63,931 bases of DNA, filler included, from Reclinomonas americana ATCC 50394 (GCA_048213135.1; 23 parts of 23 records of this genome joined end to end with filler, not necessarily neighbours in it), one strand, 5' to 3'; positions 14,253 to 27,335 are shown, counted from the whole stretch's first letter. Notes: generated from the sequence alone by a model not told the origin. A program made the numbers and translations.

Positions 14253-16527
14253 GCGCTGGATACGGACGGCGGCACGTCGAAGGACGCGGATCTGCATGTT
14301 CCTCTGCGACTGCCGTTCACGGAACCACCGTTGAAGAGCGAGTGCAGCCATATCTGACTTGGGAGGTGGAGGTGTGGTTCCGGGTGCTGCGGTTGCTGCT
14401 GTGCTCGGCGCTCGGGCAGATTCCTTGAACATGACCGAACGTTGTGGCGGTGGTGATGATATCGGAGAGATATCGACTCCATCTGGTGATTTCTGCTTGC
14501 CACCAGTAGCTGTCGCCGACGTTGCTGTTGCTCCAGTTCCTAGCCCTGGTGGCGGTGGCAGCGGAAAGGCGGATGGTTTTGGCTTGGACAGCGGACGCTT
14601 CTCCTGCTTTCGCGGTTGCTGGTTCGCCAACTTGGACTCGATCCACGGCTGCGCAAGCGGGTGGGCTTCATTCAGTTGCCCGCGCAACGGATTGGGAGTG
14701 CACCACAGCAACGCAACGTGTCGCAGCAAGTCTTCTGCACTCGGACGATCCTCGGGTTTGAGGCGGAAGCAGTGCTCGATAAACGACCGGCATTGCTGGC
14801 CGATGCGGAGTCGTGAGTGTGTCGACGATGAAAAAAAACAGGCAGCAGCAGACACAGACCTTGGACAGGGTGCTCGGCAAAGGCGGTGGTCGCTTCGACT
14901 CACAAATCACCTCAAACGCCTTGTCTGGTCCCAGATCCTTGTACGGCGGATTGCCGCACAACAATTCGAGCACCGTGGCACCGACACTCCTGCGCATAAC
15001 CATCAATTGCTGCGCTAACAAGACAGCCGCTCGACAGTCACGACGACGAACCAGCAATCGGAAGCGGTGCACGGCTGCCCGCGGAGCATCTCAGGAGCCG
15101 CTGTGATGCCGCGCGATGAGAAGGATAGGCATGATGGAGGGGAGAGTGTAGAACAAAGGAGGCAGTGCGTACACCAAAATGGCCGATCGCGCACGGCAAA
15201 CGGGTCGCCGTGCTCGACCAGGGCAAGACCGAAATCTGTGAGTTTTGCCTGGCGTTCCACGTTGTGAGGGGGGAAGGAGGAGGACGAGAACAGGCGGCGC
15301 GCAGGGGATCGCGTGTTACTGCGAGCCACACAAAGGGGGGGACGCGATGAGTTGCAGCGGAGGCGTGAATGTGCAAACGGCACATGCTCACCCTCGCCGT
15401 ATCGTGTGGTTCGCACATTGGCGGCTTGCAGTGAGCCTGTGCGTGTGTGTGTGGCGGGTGAGAAAGAAACACACACAAACCCATGCACGTAATGACCCCA
15501 CGACAGAGCGCTCACGCACCGTGAATAATACTGTGCTCGTGGAGATACATGAGACCCTCCAGCACTGACCACCGCGGACGCAGTCAGCCGTCAACAGCAA
15601 CACTCTTGCACACGCAGCTGCCGGCGACACACCTTGTGCGATGAAACGCGCGCAAATGTCCTCATTGACCGCAAAGTTCTGCAACAGATCCCACAGCGAG
15701 CCATTCGGTAGGTGCCTGGTGGTGGTGGTGGTGGTGGTGAAATCGTCACACAAAAGTCGAACACACCAAGAGTACATGACACATGTGCGCAACTCCATGA
15801 ATACAAACAGCAACGAGGCGAACTGCTCGGCATCGTAGTACTGCAACACATGCGGGTGACTGAGCTCCTGCAACTGCGTCAACGATTGCTGATCGTGACG
15901 CCCGCATGATAATGATGAGTCGACAACACCAAGCGCAGTGAGAGGAAGAAAAAAACACGACGCATTACCGCCAGCTGCTCCGCCTGCTCATCCGTCATGC
16001 CACTCAAGTCAAACACACGACACACCACGTGCTCGCCAGTGCGCGAGTCCAACGCGGCAAACAGCTGACCAAATCGCCCCGAACCCAGCTGCGCTCCCAA
16101 CACCTATGTTGCCACGTGCAAGTCAACCCATCTGTCGTCTCATCTCGCACACACACACAGCACCCGCAACATAGTTGCCCACACGCTCAATGCGTTGCAA
16201 GGCCGCGCGTTCCTCTGGCCTCTCATCCTCCTCCTCTTCCTCTTCCTCCTCCTGTGGCCTGCCGATCTCCACCTCCAGCGTCGCACTCTCTATCCTCTTC
16301 TTCTTCGCCTTCCTTCTCTTTCGCGCCACTCTCCTCTGCTCGTCGCCTCTCTCGCTCTCATCCTCAGAGTCATAGCACTCCGCCTCCTCTGCTTCTTCTT
16401 GTAGTTGTTGCTCCTCTTCAGTCGCCTGCTCTTCCACAGACATGAATGAGCTGGAGGAGGTCGTGCGACGACGACCACTGCCCTCGGGAGGCACAATCAC
16501 TTGCGCCTTGCTTGTGCTGTGCCCCAT
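14253..16527 (-). CDS. Predicted N-myristoylated Cdc15/STE11-like pseudokinase followed by IQ motifs; 3' partial
   Basis: MGHSTSK start, acidic/basic linker, VGNY|VLGAQLGSGRFGQLFAALDSRTGEHVVCR, IIH|GSLQAAN, KLTDFG, APE, SVGATVLELLCGNPPY, RPSAEDLLRH, a Pro-rich linker, then ALALQRWFRER and AAVRIQR running into the gap. Confidence 0.85.
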
Positions 16528-16622
16528 TTCACTAAACAAACTGATCCGTCTTCGCGCGCGCGAGTGACGACGACTGTTTGTCACGCGCGCAACACACAGA
16601 GACGAGTGTGTGTGGTGTGCGA
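16528..16622. promoter_or_regulatory. Putative bidirectional promoter (95 bp between divergent ATGs)
   Basis: The pseudokinase ATG (16527, -) and the CFAP20DC ATG (16623, +) are head to head. Confidence 0.6.
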
Positions 16623-17472
16623 ATGTATCAGGGTGGCTCACATGTGGAGCTGCTGACACTGCAAGGAGCGCAGGTGTGTGTCTTCTCTCTCACTGTCTGC
16701 CTCTCTGAGTGTCAACCGTTCATCTTCTGTGTAGGCGCTCAACAAGATCAATGTCAAGCTGCCTGCGGGTACTCGTGGGAAGGCCAGTTGCGTGTTAAGA
16801 GAGAGAGAGAATGAGAGAGTGCGCACTTTGTGTGTGTGTGTGTGTTGTCAACTCAATGATTGTGGTGCAGATGTCGAGGCTCTTCGCGTGTTTGATCAGA
16901 CAGTGAAGGGCTATGTGTTGGAGCTCAAGGGCGGATCCACGGCCTCAGTGCCTAAAGACGAGAAAACCTCTTGTGAGTCTCATTCTGTCACTCATTCATT
17001 GTCTTTCTGTCTGTTGTCCTCACTGTGTTTGTGTGCAGTGAGCGTCACGCACAGGTACCTTGTGTTGCAGATGATGGTGCCACAGGGCAAGCCGTTTCAG
17101 CTGGAGATTTCGTTGAGTTGCTGCTTGTTCTTTTTGCTGCTTGTCGTTGTTGTGCTCACTGGTGTGCAGCTTGTTTGACTCGGCGCATGCACGGCGGCGT
17201 GTCATCTTCTCGACCAACACCAAGGATGTGGTGCTGAATCAGTTGCATGCTCGTGTGCCACTGGCCACGATGCCACGAGGAGAGGTGTACACGCACCACA
17301 CAATGCTTTCTTCTCGGGATCACAGTCTGACAGGTGCTCTCTCTGCGGCAGTGGATGAACTTTGTGGTGGATATGGCCGACCTTGTGCACTATTGCTTTG
17401 GGCGCAGTCAGGTAACGACGAGGGAGGGAGAGAGAGAGAGAGAGAGAAAGGGACAGGGAGGGAGAGAAAGAG

Positions 17473-17547
<75 letters not shown>

Positions 17548-20500
17548 GTACGTACGTACGTAGTACGTCGTACGTCGTCGTACGTCGTCGTCGGTCGTCG
17601 TACGTCGGTACGGTACGGTACGGTACGGTACGGTACGGTACGGTACGGNNNNNNNNNNNNNNNNNNNNNNNNNNNNNNNNNNNNNNNNNNNNTTAATTAA
17701 TTAANNNNNNNNNNNNNNNNNNNNNNNNNNNNNNNNNNNNNNNNNNNNAGAGAGAGAGAGAGAGAACGATCGCCTGCTTGTGGATCTTTGCGTTGCTCAG
17801 TGCGCGCGTGCAGTACGCGGAACTGGAGCATGTGTCGATTGGCTCGTACTGCACTGTGCGCAAGGTGTTTTCGCTGCGTGACGAGCCCGTGGATCCCACC
17901 ATTGGTGAGATTGCTGAGATGAATCGCCCCCGCACATGTTTCTTCTCTCAACTCTCTGCGCACCAGATCCGCTGCCAAAGGGACTCGACCTGCCAGTCAC
18001 TGTTCCGCACTGCACGTACATGTTCCGTGCCACGGAGCAGTTTGGCGACGGCGACGCTTTCCTCGACGAGTCCGAAGTCGGACCGTCGGCCTCGTCCGCG
18101 GCCACCAGTGCTGCGGCATCTGTGGTCTCCTCACCCGGCCAAGTTGCGCGCGACGGGTCCTGTGCATGCCATGCCATTTTCCTCACCGCTATGCACAGCC
18201 GGCTCCTCGCGGTGGACTGGCAGCGCGTCGCGCAGCGGAGCCTGCCCGAGCGGGCAAGCGCGCTGTGGCCGCGCAAGCCGTTGAGCTGGCTCCGGCCGGT
18301 ATGAGCATTGCCGGCACGGGTGCCGGTGCCTCGCGCAGTTCCGTTCTCGTTCTCCACCTCTGCCAAGCATGGGGGAGTCCTCTCACCAACCGTCCGCGCA
18401 GTGCCAACACGACGAGACCCGAAAGCCAGTCACATTGCCTTTGGCTCCGCCATTCCTGCGCCTCGCGTCAATCCACGTTTCGTACTCCCGCTTGAGATTG
18501 CCGCTTGACGACTCCTCCTGACAGCATCCTGGTGTTGACAGATTCACAACCGGCAAGTCCGCTGCACACAGCACCGGTACGCGTTCCTTGCTCATTGCTC
18601 AATGCTGCTGCTGTCGTGAAAATCGCTGATTCGGTGTCTCTGTGATGTGCAGCACGGAAGCGGGCGCACGGAGCGTGTCATGTTGCGTCACTGTTGTTGC
18701 TGGCATCTTCATGCTTGTCAGGCAACTCACTGGTGTTGCCGCTGTCAGGGTGGACGGACTGGCCATTTCACAGGAGCGGATGGCGGCTTCCAGTCGTTCC
18801 GGCTCGCGCTACTCCCTCACACCACCCATGACGCCTCATGAGCAGCCGGGCGAAGCTAGCGGACCGCCGCCGCAGCGGTCAGCGTCGCGGACGGCACCGG
18901 CGGCGAGTAACGCTGACTTGGAGCCGCTCGAATATGATGAATCGCAGCGGGAGGAGCGATTCAGCGACGAAGAGGAGGAGGATCGCGCACAGGTGCCTGG
19001 CAGCAGGGAACGTCCTTCGCCGCCACCTGCACGGTCACAGGCGCCGCCAAAGCCGCCCGTCGCAGGTCGAGACAACCGTGCCGCGCAGCAGCAGCAGCAG
19101 GCATCTCGCGGACCACGGCACGACCGAGGCGAGTACGAGGATGAGCAGTACGGAGACGAGGATGCGGCGGTGGAGCCACCAAGCATCTATGAGGACAGTC
19201 GATTGTGGTCGAGACGCGGCGGTCAGCGCAGCAGCATCGGCCGCTGGGATCAGGCAGAGGAGGAGGAGGACGATATGTTTGGTGCTGCTGGTGAACAGCA
19301 ACAACAACAGCAGCCGCAACGGTCGGGCCGACTGGCCACGCCCTCCAGATCACCCGGAGCTGGCGATCTAACTGAACAGTTGACGCCACCCGCCGGTGTC
19401 GACCACCGACCTCCCTACTCGGCCGCCTCACCGCACCGTCAGGTTTCGTGACTTCCCCCAGCGCGATGGTGTCGTGCACTGCTTTTCTGACCGCTCGCAC
19501 CAGAACTACTCATCGTCACGCTACGAGACATCGGCCGACGTGGCATTTTCTGTGGCTTCCTCGGTCTCCCACCGGCAGCACTCGCCGCGATCGCCGGACG
19601 CGCGCAGTTTTGTGTCGGACGAGACCGGCGACATTTGCGACAGCGACGAGGACGAATTCGGTCGGCCAACCTCGTCGTCACGTCGCCGGTCGCGCGAATC
19701 GCGATCTCGTGGCAGCTCCAAGCAGGGCGCTCGCCCCGAAGACACATCCATTCCATCGCAGTCGCTTCTCGAAGAGGCGTTGCGAGAGGCACGCAAGACG
19801 CCGCCGTCTGGCAGAGGGTTTGTCGACCAGAGCATGTTTGCGCCGCTCTGCTCATCTGGCTGACATCAGACTCGCATGCACACAGAACCACGATCAATCC
19901 GTTCCCCGTACAAGTGCCTCCGCAGCGAGTGTACTCGGCGCACACCTACGAGGATGTGAGCACCGACGATGCCATCACTCCCGACCACGTTCCGTCACCG
20001 ATTGAGCGACCGCGCCCCGTTTCGTCGGCGTCGACAGCGTCGGCCACCAGAGGCGCACCGCCGTCGCGCAGTGCAGGCGGCGGTGGAGCGAGTCGCGGAA
20101 GTGCACGACCGGTTGTCAACAATGCCGAATCCGACGACGCTCCCGGTGGCGGCGACGATACGGATGGATTGGACGACTATCTCGAACGCTCCGGAGTGCT
20201 GACTGCCGCCGATCCTCGTTGCGTGTTGGGAAAAAAAGAGTGCGATTATCCTCCGTCTCACACTCGTGATCTGCAGGTTCCCACGCACATCTGAGACCAA
20301 CGTCGGGGAATGCACGAGTGGACTCGGAAGACGAGGTGACCATTCATGCGGAGAGCGGCTCGCAAGATGCACGGTGGCGTCGGTCTGGATGGGCGCCGCT
20401 TTTGTGAGATCAGACAGCGAGGTACTAACCAAATGCATGCAGACCGCTGGATCGTGTGCCAACCGGTCACCGCTCCGCGGTGAAGGACAAGTTCTCGGTG

Positions 20501-20908
20501 GACTCGTCCAGCGGCGACGAGGAGGAGCTGCTGCTGAAAATGACACCACACCGACGTTTCGTGTGCTCTACGTTCGATTTCTACCCACTCTCTCCCTGTC
20601 GCTCACTCGCAGCGCGTANNNNNNNNNNNNNNNNNNNNNNNNNNNNNNNNNNNNNNNNNNNNTTAATTAATTAANNNNNNNNNNNNNNNNNNNNNNNNNN
20701 NNNNNNNNNNNNNNNNNNGGACGGAGACTTTGAAGGTAACATGTTTGCCGCTCGCCCAGGCTCCACGCGCAGTGTGCCTCCACACGAACGCAACGGAGGC
20801 GGCGACGACGAAGCCACAAAGCGCGAACTGCTGTGGGACCCTGTTCTCGAGCTGTACTACGACAGCAAAACCAATCAGTACTTTGAGGCGGCCGACGATG
20901 ACACATAG
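16623..20908 (+). CDS. CFAP20DC: CFAP20 domain-containing protein (C3orf67 family, DUF667)
   Basis: MYQGGSHVELL..., RVFDQTVKGYVLEL, HRYLVLQMMVPQGKPFQLEIS, RRRVIFSTNTK, HARVPL, WMNFVVDM, CTVRKVFSLR. A long disordered middle precedes the family C-terminal motif ELLWDPVLELYYDSKTNQYFE (TAG 20906-20908). Confidence 0.88.
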
Positions 20909-20971
20909 TGTAAAAAAGACCCCGAATTTCCGCAGCTGCCAATCTTCTCACACTCGCTCTCACACGAAAAG

Positions 20972-23519
20972 ATGCGCGGGCAAGCTGTGCTCTTGTGTGC
21001 ACTGTGTGTGCTTCTGCTGCTGTGTGCAGTGGCACATGCGACTCTGCGACCGCGTGACTTGCGCGCGGACATGAAGGACGCGCAACTGGGAAACTTGGCC
21101 ACGTTGAGTGCCCCCCCATGCAACTGTTCTCTCACTCTCTCACTCACTTATCCTCCTCCACAAAGCTTCTTCTTCCTGCGCTTCCTCGGCGGGTAAGTCA
21201 CACACACGCGCGTGCGCTTGCTCTCTCTCTTGCTCTCTCATTGATGTGTGCATGTGTGTGGCAGAGATTATGAGAGACTGCAGAGTGAAGAGGAGTCTGT
21301 GGGGGCCACTCTCGACGACTATCGCCTCATGTTGCACAACATTGATCCGGGCCCAAACTACCCGTCGGAGGCCGTCGCCGCACCGCTCTTTGCGCGTCTT
21401 GACAAGGACGGAAAGTTGAGAGAAAAAACACACTCATGTCTCTCACTCATGTCTCTGACACTGACTGTGCCTCCCTCAGTGGTCGCGTGGAGTGGACTGA
21501 GTTCCTTGAGCCTTATGCGGGTCTGCTGGAGGCGGGCGAGGGCCCTGAGCAGGTGCACTTGGCGCTGACCAACAACCCGTCGGAGATGGTCGTCGTGTGG
21601 ATCACCTCTGGTACACGCCTGTCCTCTCTTCGTGTCTTGATATGCTTTCTCTTGACTCCTTGTGGGAGTAGATAGCTACGGAAAGACGGCGCCTGTGGTG
21701 CAGTACGGTGCCGATCCGGATCAGCTGAGCCAGACGGTGACGGGCGCCAGCAGCACCTACAATGTGGGCATCTTGGGCGGGTGGCACAAGGAGATTCACA
21801 AGGCCAAGATGACCAACCTGCAGCCGTACACGCGCTACTTTTACAAGGTCGGCAACGGCAGTGTGTGGAGCCAGCAGTTTTCGTTCGTGTCGGCTCCGAC
21901 GTTGCGTGCGACTGCCATGATGGGAATGTGCGGGCGACAAGCTGATGGGGTTTTGTTGGCAGTGGTCCGCTGGACACGATCAATGTGGCCGTCTACGCCG
22001 ATGTCGGCACGACGATTCCGTTCGGAGACGAGGGTATGCACTCACCGCCTCGATCCTCTTTTCTCTACAAGTCAGTCGCTCAATATTCTGTTCCTGTGCC
22101 AGTCACCAAGCAGATTGCGGCCGATCACGCCATCGACCCCTTCAACCTGCTGGTGTTGCCCGGCGACATGGCGTATGGTGAGCATGTGGAGCTGGCGCGC
22201 TGAAAATGGATTCGCTTCTGAACGTGTGTTGTTGCGCAGCCGGCACTGGCCACGAGGAAGAGTGGGAACCCATTTGGGATTTGTTTGGCGTTGCGTTGCG
22301 CCGCCTGTCGTTACCAAGTTGCACACACGTGAGTGCACTCACTCTGCTGATTACAGACGCAAGCCGAGCGCGTGTCGGCAGTGATGCCGTACATGATGGC
22401 CGTCGGAAATCACGAGAAGGCAAGCCACTTGGTGCTTCCCTTGCTCCCGACTGCATCCAGTTTCTTCTCACCTCTTGTGTCGTCGTCGTGCGCAGTACTA
22501 CAACTACACGTCGTTCCTGGCGCGCTACCAGATGCCGAGCGCCGACAGCGGTGGCTACAGCAACTTCTGGTTCTCGTACGACTACGCCAACATTCACTTT
22601 GTCATGATGTCTACTGGTTTGCAGAGAGAAAGGTGTTTGTGAATCTTGCCCCCACTGATTTTAACCAAGCCTCATCTCATCAGAGCATCCATTCAACCCT
22701 GGCTCCACTCAGCACACGTGGTTGGAGCAAGACCTCCGCAAGGCCAGCTCCTCTGGCAAGTACGACTGGATCATTTTGTCTGGACATCGCCCCTTCATGT
22801 CGAGCGACCAGGACGAGTACGATCAGCACAATGTGCGTGACCGTGCGGGTGTGTGCGTGTGATGCGCATGTGTTGTATTCACGTGTGGTCGCACAGCCGA
22901 ATGGGCCATTCATGACCATCCTCGGGCCGATGCTCCTGCAATACCACGTCGACCTGGTGTTGACTGGACACATGCACATGTTGCGTGGCGGTCCACGGTC
23001 ACTTCTACAACTCTGCAGCTCACTGAATGCAACCCCTCTCGTCGCACTAGGTACGAGCGCATTTTCCCGTACCCGCCCGACAACAGCACGGTCCCCGGCA
23101 CCACCAACGTGTTCAAGAACCCGTCGTCGCCCGTGTACCTCGTGATGGTGAGTTCGGGGGGAAGGAACTCGTCGACGCCTCGTTGGCTTCACTTGGTTCT
23201 GACGAGATTTCCGTATATCGCAGGGCTCTGGAGGTTGCTTCATTCACGAGACGCTGATGGAGCCGGCGCCGGCGTGGAGTGCCAACCGGTGCGGCGCATG
23301 TTTGTGTGTGTATTCGTGAATTTGTGCGTGCCTCTCACCTTCTCGATCCCACACAGTCAACAAAAGTACGGCTATGCGCGCCTGCAGTTCACCAACAAGC
23401 CGCAGCCGACCATGCACTTTGAGTTCCGTCTGACCGAGGAGAACAAGGTCGGCGACGAGATGTGGATCATCAAGGACAAGTCCACTGGTCAGCCCACCAT
23501 CGTGCACCAGAAACCGTAG
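20972..23519 (+). CDS. Secreted purple acid phosphatase (FN3-like N-domain plus metallophosphoesterase) with an N-terminal EF-hand
   Basis: Signal peptide MRGQAVLLCALCVLLLLCAVAHA, EF loop DKDGNGRVEWTE, PEQVHLAL, and all five PAP metal motifs: DVG, GDMAY, GNHE, GH(RP), GHMH(MYER). The C-terminus has YGYARL. The model has 15 exons. Confidence 0.93.
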
Positions 23520-23656
23520 CACACCTCTCTCTCTTTCTCTCCGTTCCTTGTTTCGCCGAGAGAACATGACGCGTAAAGCACCTCAGTGCGTGCGTGATTC
23601 AGCCGACATATTTTCATTCCTTTCCCCAGGCAACGTGGGCGCGCTTCCGAATAAAA

Positions 23657-25795
23657 TCAGACGGCGGCGACCTTTTCCGCTCGCGACACGGCCAGCAAAA
23701 ACGCCGCCAGATCGGCGTCGTGGCAGCGCGACTCAAAGTCACCCAGTGTGACGGCAGCGTCGGGACCCTTGGCGGCCACCACCTCATTCACCATGGCGAC
23801 TACTCGCCGCGTCTCCACGTTCAACGCCTGCGAGAGACAGACACACACACAGTGAGGGAGAGATTGTCGAGAATGGCGGAGAGTGGGATCGTCAGAAGAG
23901 CACCTTCACAAACGCCGTGTTGCCGAGGGAGATGGAGCGTGACACGGCCTCGGCCACGGCGGTGTGCACCGAGGTCTCGACAAAAGCATCTGCAAAAACA
24001 AGTGAGCAGCGACCACGAGTGCGACCGACAACTACAGTGCTTGCTCAACCTTCCGCGTGGGCGGCCACTGAAATCGTCTCGGAATCCAGATCCACAAAGA
24101 GGTCGTACAGATCCTCTCGCTGGTACACCTTGGAGATGTTGGAGTCGATGAATGCCGCCACAAAGGCAGTAGACTGTCGCATGTCGTCCACCACGTCGTC
24201 GAGTTCCAGCTTTGCGAACGGTCGCAGCGTGGAAAAGTCCTGCCGGTGCAACGCCAGGCACGGCAGTGCGCTGCGCGCAGACGTGAAAGTGAGTGAGTGA
24301 GTAGCAAGGGGTTGGGGTGAAAGAGTTAATGGGAAGACGCACCGAACAGTGGTCTGCACATCGCGGCGCGACGAGGCCCCGGTAAACACGACGCGCTTCT
24401 TCATCACAATGGCCGCCCACAGCTGCGCAAATGGCCGGTTGCCGAGGGTCTTGGCCAGCAAGCAGAGGCCATCGCCGTCGGGCAAGAAGCTGTCGCGTGC
24501 ATCCAAATCCGCCGCCGAGAAGAGCACTTGACCTGGAAGAGGGGAAGAGGGGGTTGGGGGGGAGGGGGGAGGAGGATGAGGAGGAGGATGAGGAGGAGGA
24601 GGAGGAGAAGGAGGAGGAGGAGGAAGAGGATGAGAGGGAGGAGGAGAAGGAGGAAGAGGAGAAAGAGGATGAGGACAGAAGGACAAGGGGAGAAGGAGGA
24701 GGAGTGAGAAGAGGAAGAATGAGACGAAGAAGAGGAAGAAGAATAACATGAACAAACAAGAAGGAGAACAAGAAGAACAAGAAGAAAGAGAAGGAGGACG
24801 AGAAAAAGAAGGAGGAGGAGGAAGAGAAGATTAACAATGACGACGACAACGACAACGACGAAGAACGAGAAGAAGAACAAGTTGAGGAGGAGGAACAGAA
24901 CAAGAACAGAAATAAGGAGAACGAAGGAGAAGGAGGACGAGCGGAGAAGGAGGATGAGAAGGAGGAGGAGGATGAGAGGGGAGGGGGAGGAGAAGAAGAG
25001 ACATGAAGGAGAAGGAGGATGAGGACAGAAGGACAAGGGGAGATGGAGGAGGAGTGAGAGGAGGTAGAAAGAGATGAAGAAGAGGAAGAAGAATAACATG
25101 AACAAACTAGAAGGAGAACAAGAAGAACAAGAAAAAAGAGAAGAAGGACGAGAAAAAGAAGGAGGAGGAGAAGAAGAATAACAACAACGACGACGACAAC
25201 GACGAAGAACGAGAAGAGGAGGAAGAACAAGTTGAGGAGGACAAGAAATGAAAAAGGAGACACGAAGGAGAAGGAGGATGGGAAGGAGGAGGAGAAGAAC
25301 AACAACAAGAAGATCAAGAAGAAGAACGAGAACACGGAGGGGGTAGAGGAAGAGGAGAAGAACAAGAACAAGAAGAACACCGTCGTACCATTCAGTGTCC
25401 ACTGCTGTCGCACGGACACCTCCAACATCATGTCAATGAGGCACAGTGGCGAGTGATTCTCCGCACGGTACGTCTTGCAGCACAGCTGCAGCAGCTGCTG
25501 ATACTTTTCCGGAAAGTACTCCTGCGCATGTGCACATGAGAACAGGCAGTTATCGACCGAGACAAGACCTCTCCACGGAACTTCCGTGGTGAGCACAAGG
25601 GCCATTCGTCGCGGTCGCCTCACAATCGTGGCTGGATCCTGCTCCGGATCGATCTCGTCCTCAGGGAACTCGTGGCTGACCACGTAGTACCACTTGTTGC
25701 GGCATCGCGCAAACACAAAGTCGGAGTCGCCAGCGGATGCGTGTGGTCGCAGCAGCACCTCGTTCACCAGGGCCTCCGAGAGACGACCGGAGCCT
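23657..25795 (-). CDS. DENND10: DENN domain protein 10 (FAM45A family, Commander complex), 5' partial
   Basis: FVFARCRNKWYY, LVLTTE|EYFPEKY, SPLCLIDMML, LWAAIVMKKRVV, LPCLALHRQDF, REDLYDLFVDL and AFLLAVSRAE each match recalled FAM45A motifs in the same order. Confidence 0.85.
24535..25378. repeat. GAG/GAA/AAC-rich intron with an internal duplication of about 350 bp
   Basis: GAGGATGAGGACAGAAGGACAAGGGG...AATAACATGAACAAAC occurs at about 24666 and 25016 in a DENND10 intron. Confidence 0.8.
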
Positions 25796-27019
25796 GTGCA
25801 GGGAGAAGAGAGGGAGAAAAGGGGGGAGAAAAGGGGGAAAGGGGGAGGGAGGGGAAGGGAGGGAGGGAGGGTGAGTCTTTATCTTTCTCCTGTGCGTGAG
25901 GGACAGCCTTCTCTGCATTCCGGTTGCACCTTCTCTTGCCCTTCTTTCTCCTCCTCCTCCTCCTGCTCTCTCTCTCTCTCTGTGTGTGTATGTGTGTGTT
26001 GTTCCCGAGGGTTAGCCTTCTCGCCCTTCTTCCTCCTCCTCCGCTGTATTTGTGTGTCTCTGGTTCTTGAGGGACAGCGTTCTCTGCATTCTCTTTGCTC
26101 CTTCTCTTGCCCTTCTTTCTCCTCTTCCTCCTCCTCCTCCTCCTCCTCCTCCTCCTCCTCCTCCTCTCTCTCTGTGTGTGTGTGTGTGTGCGTGCGTATG
26201 TGTGTGTGCGTGGTCTCCAGTTCTTGAGGGACAACCTTCTCTGCATTCCCTCTGCTGCTTCTCCTGTCTTTCATTCTCCTTCTCTCGCCCTTCTTTTCTC
26301 CTCCTCCTCCTCCTCCTCCTCTTCTTCTTCTTCTTCTTCTTNNNNNNNNNNNNNNNNNNNNNNNNNNNNNNNNNNNNNNNNNNNNTTAATTAATTAANNN
26401 NNNNNNNNNNNNNNNNNNNNNNNNNNNNNNNNNNNNNNNNNGAGGGAGGGAGGGAGGGGAGGGTGAGGAAGGGGGAAGGGGGAAAGTGGGGAAGAGGGGG
26501 AAGGGAGAGGGAGGGAAGGGGAAGGAAGGGGAAGGAAGGGGAAGGGATGACAGGAAGAGAGGAAACGAATGGGAAGAACGCACACATACACACACACAGA
26601 GAGAGAGAGAGATATGCAATGACAGAAGGAGGAAGCATGGAGGAGTGAGAGAACATGGGACAGCAGCGACAAGAGACAACGATGAATGAGGGCACGCGCG
26701 AGAGAAGCGAGAGAGAGAAAGAAGCAAATGGGGAAGGGAGAGTGTGTGTTTGCGCGCAACGAGATACTGAGTGAGATGAATAGGAAAGAGGTAGGAAGCA
26801 TGAGAGAAGCGACAGGGATGGAGAAGAGATAAGTTGAGAACGAGAGACACAGAGGAGAGGAGAGCAGAGCGAAAAGAGCAGGGACGGAAACGCAGAGGGA
26901 GAAGGGGAGAGCAAGAGAAATGAATGGAGCAACATGAAAGGGACAGAGGACAGCACGTACTAGCAACGTGGAGTGGGATAACATGATCAAGGGCAAAGGA
27001 GTAGAAACGGGAGGGAGGA

Positions 27020-27065
27020 GAGAAAGATGCAGCGAAAGCAAGAGAAGCATGCAAACCAGCAACTC

Positions 27066-27098
<33 letters not shown>

Positions 27099-27335
27099 CA
27101 GAGCGTGCGCGAAGGAGAAGGCGGGGGAGCGAGAAGGAGAGAAAGATGCAGCGAAAGCAAGAGAGAAGCATGCAAACCAGCAACTCTGCGTGTGTGAGAG
27201 AGAGAGAGAGAGCGCGCGAAGGAGAAGACGGGGGAGCGAGAAGGAGAGAAAGACGCAGCGAAAGCAAGAGAGAAACATGCAGACCAGCAACTCTGTGTGT
27301 GTGAGAGAGAGAGCGTGCGCGAAGGAGAAGACGGG
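27020..27335. repeat. Three-copy intronic tandem repeat (about 110-120 bp) in OSCP
   Basis: GAGAAAGA(T/C)GCAGCGAAAGCAAGAGA..CATGCA.ACCAGCAACTCTG occurs three times. Confidence 0.85.

Noticed and set aside
17545..17648. TACG/GTACG/GTC quasi-periodic array (similar sequence at 1-70)
   Set aside because: It occurs at contig ends next to long (GA)n runs and follows a T-A-C-G cycle, typical of degraded pyrosequencing read tails. It is most likely an artefact, not a telomere or CRISPR.
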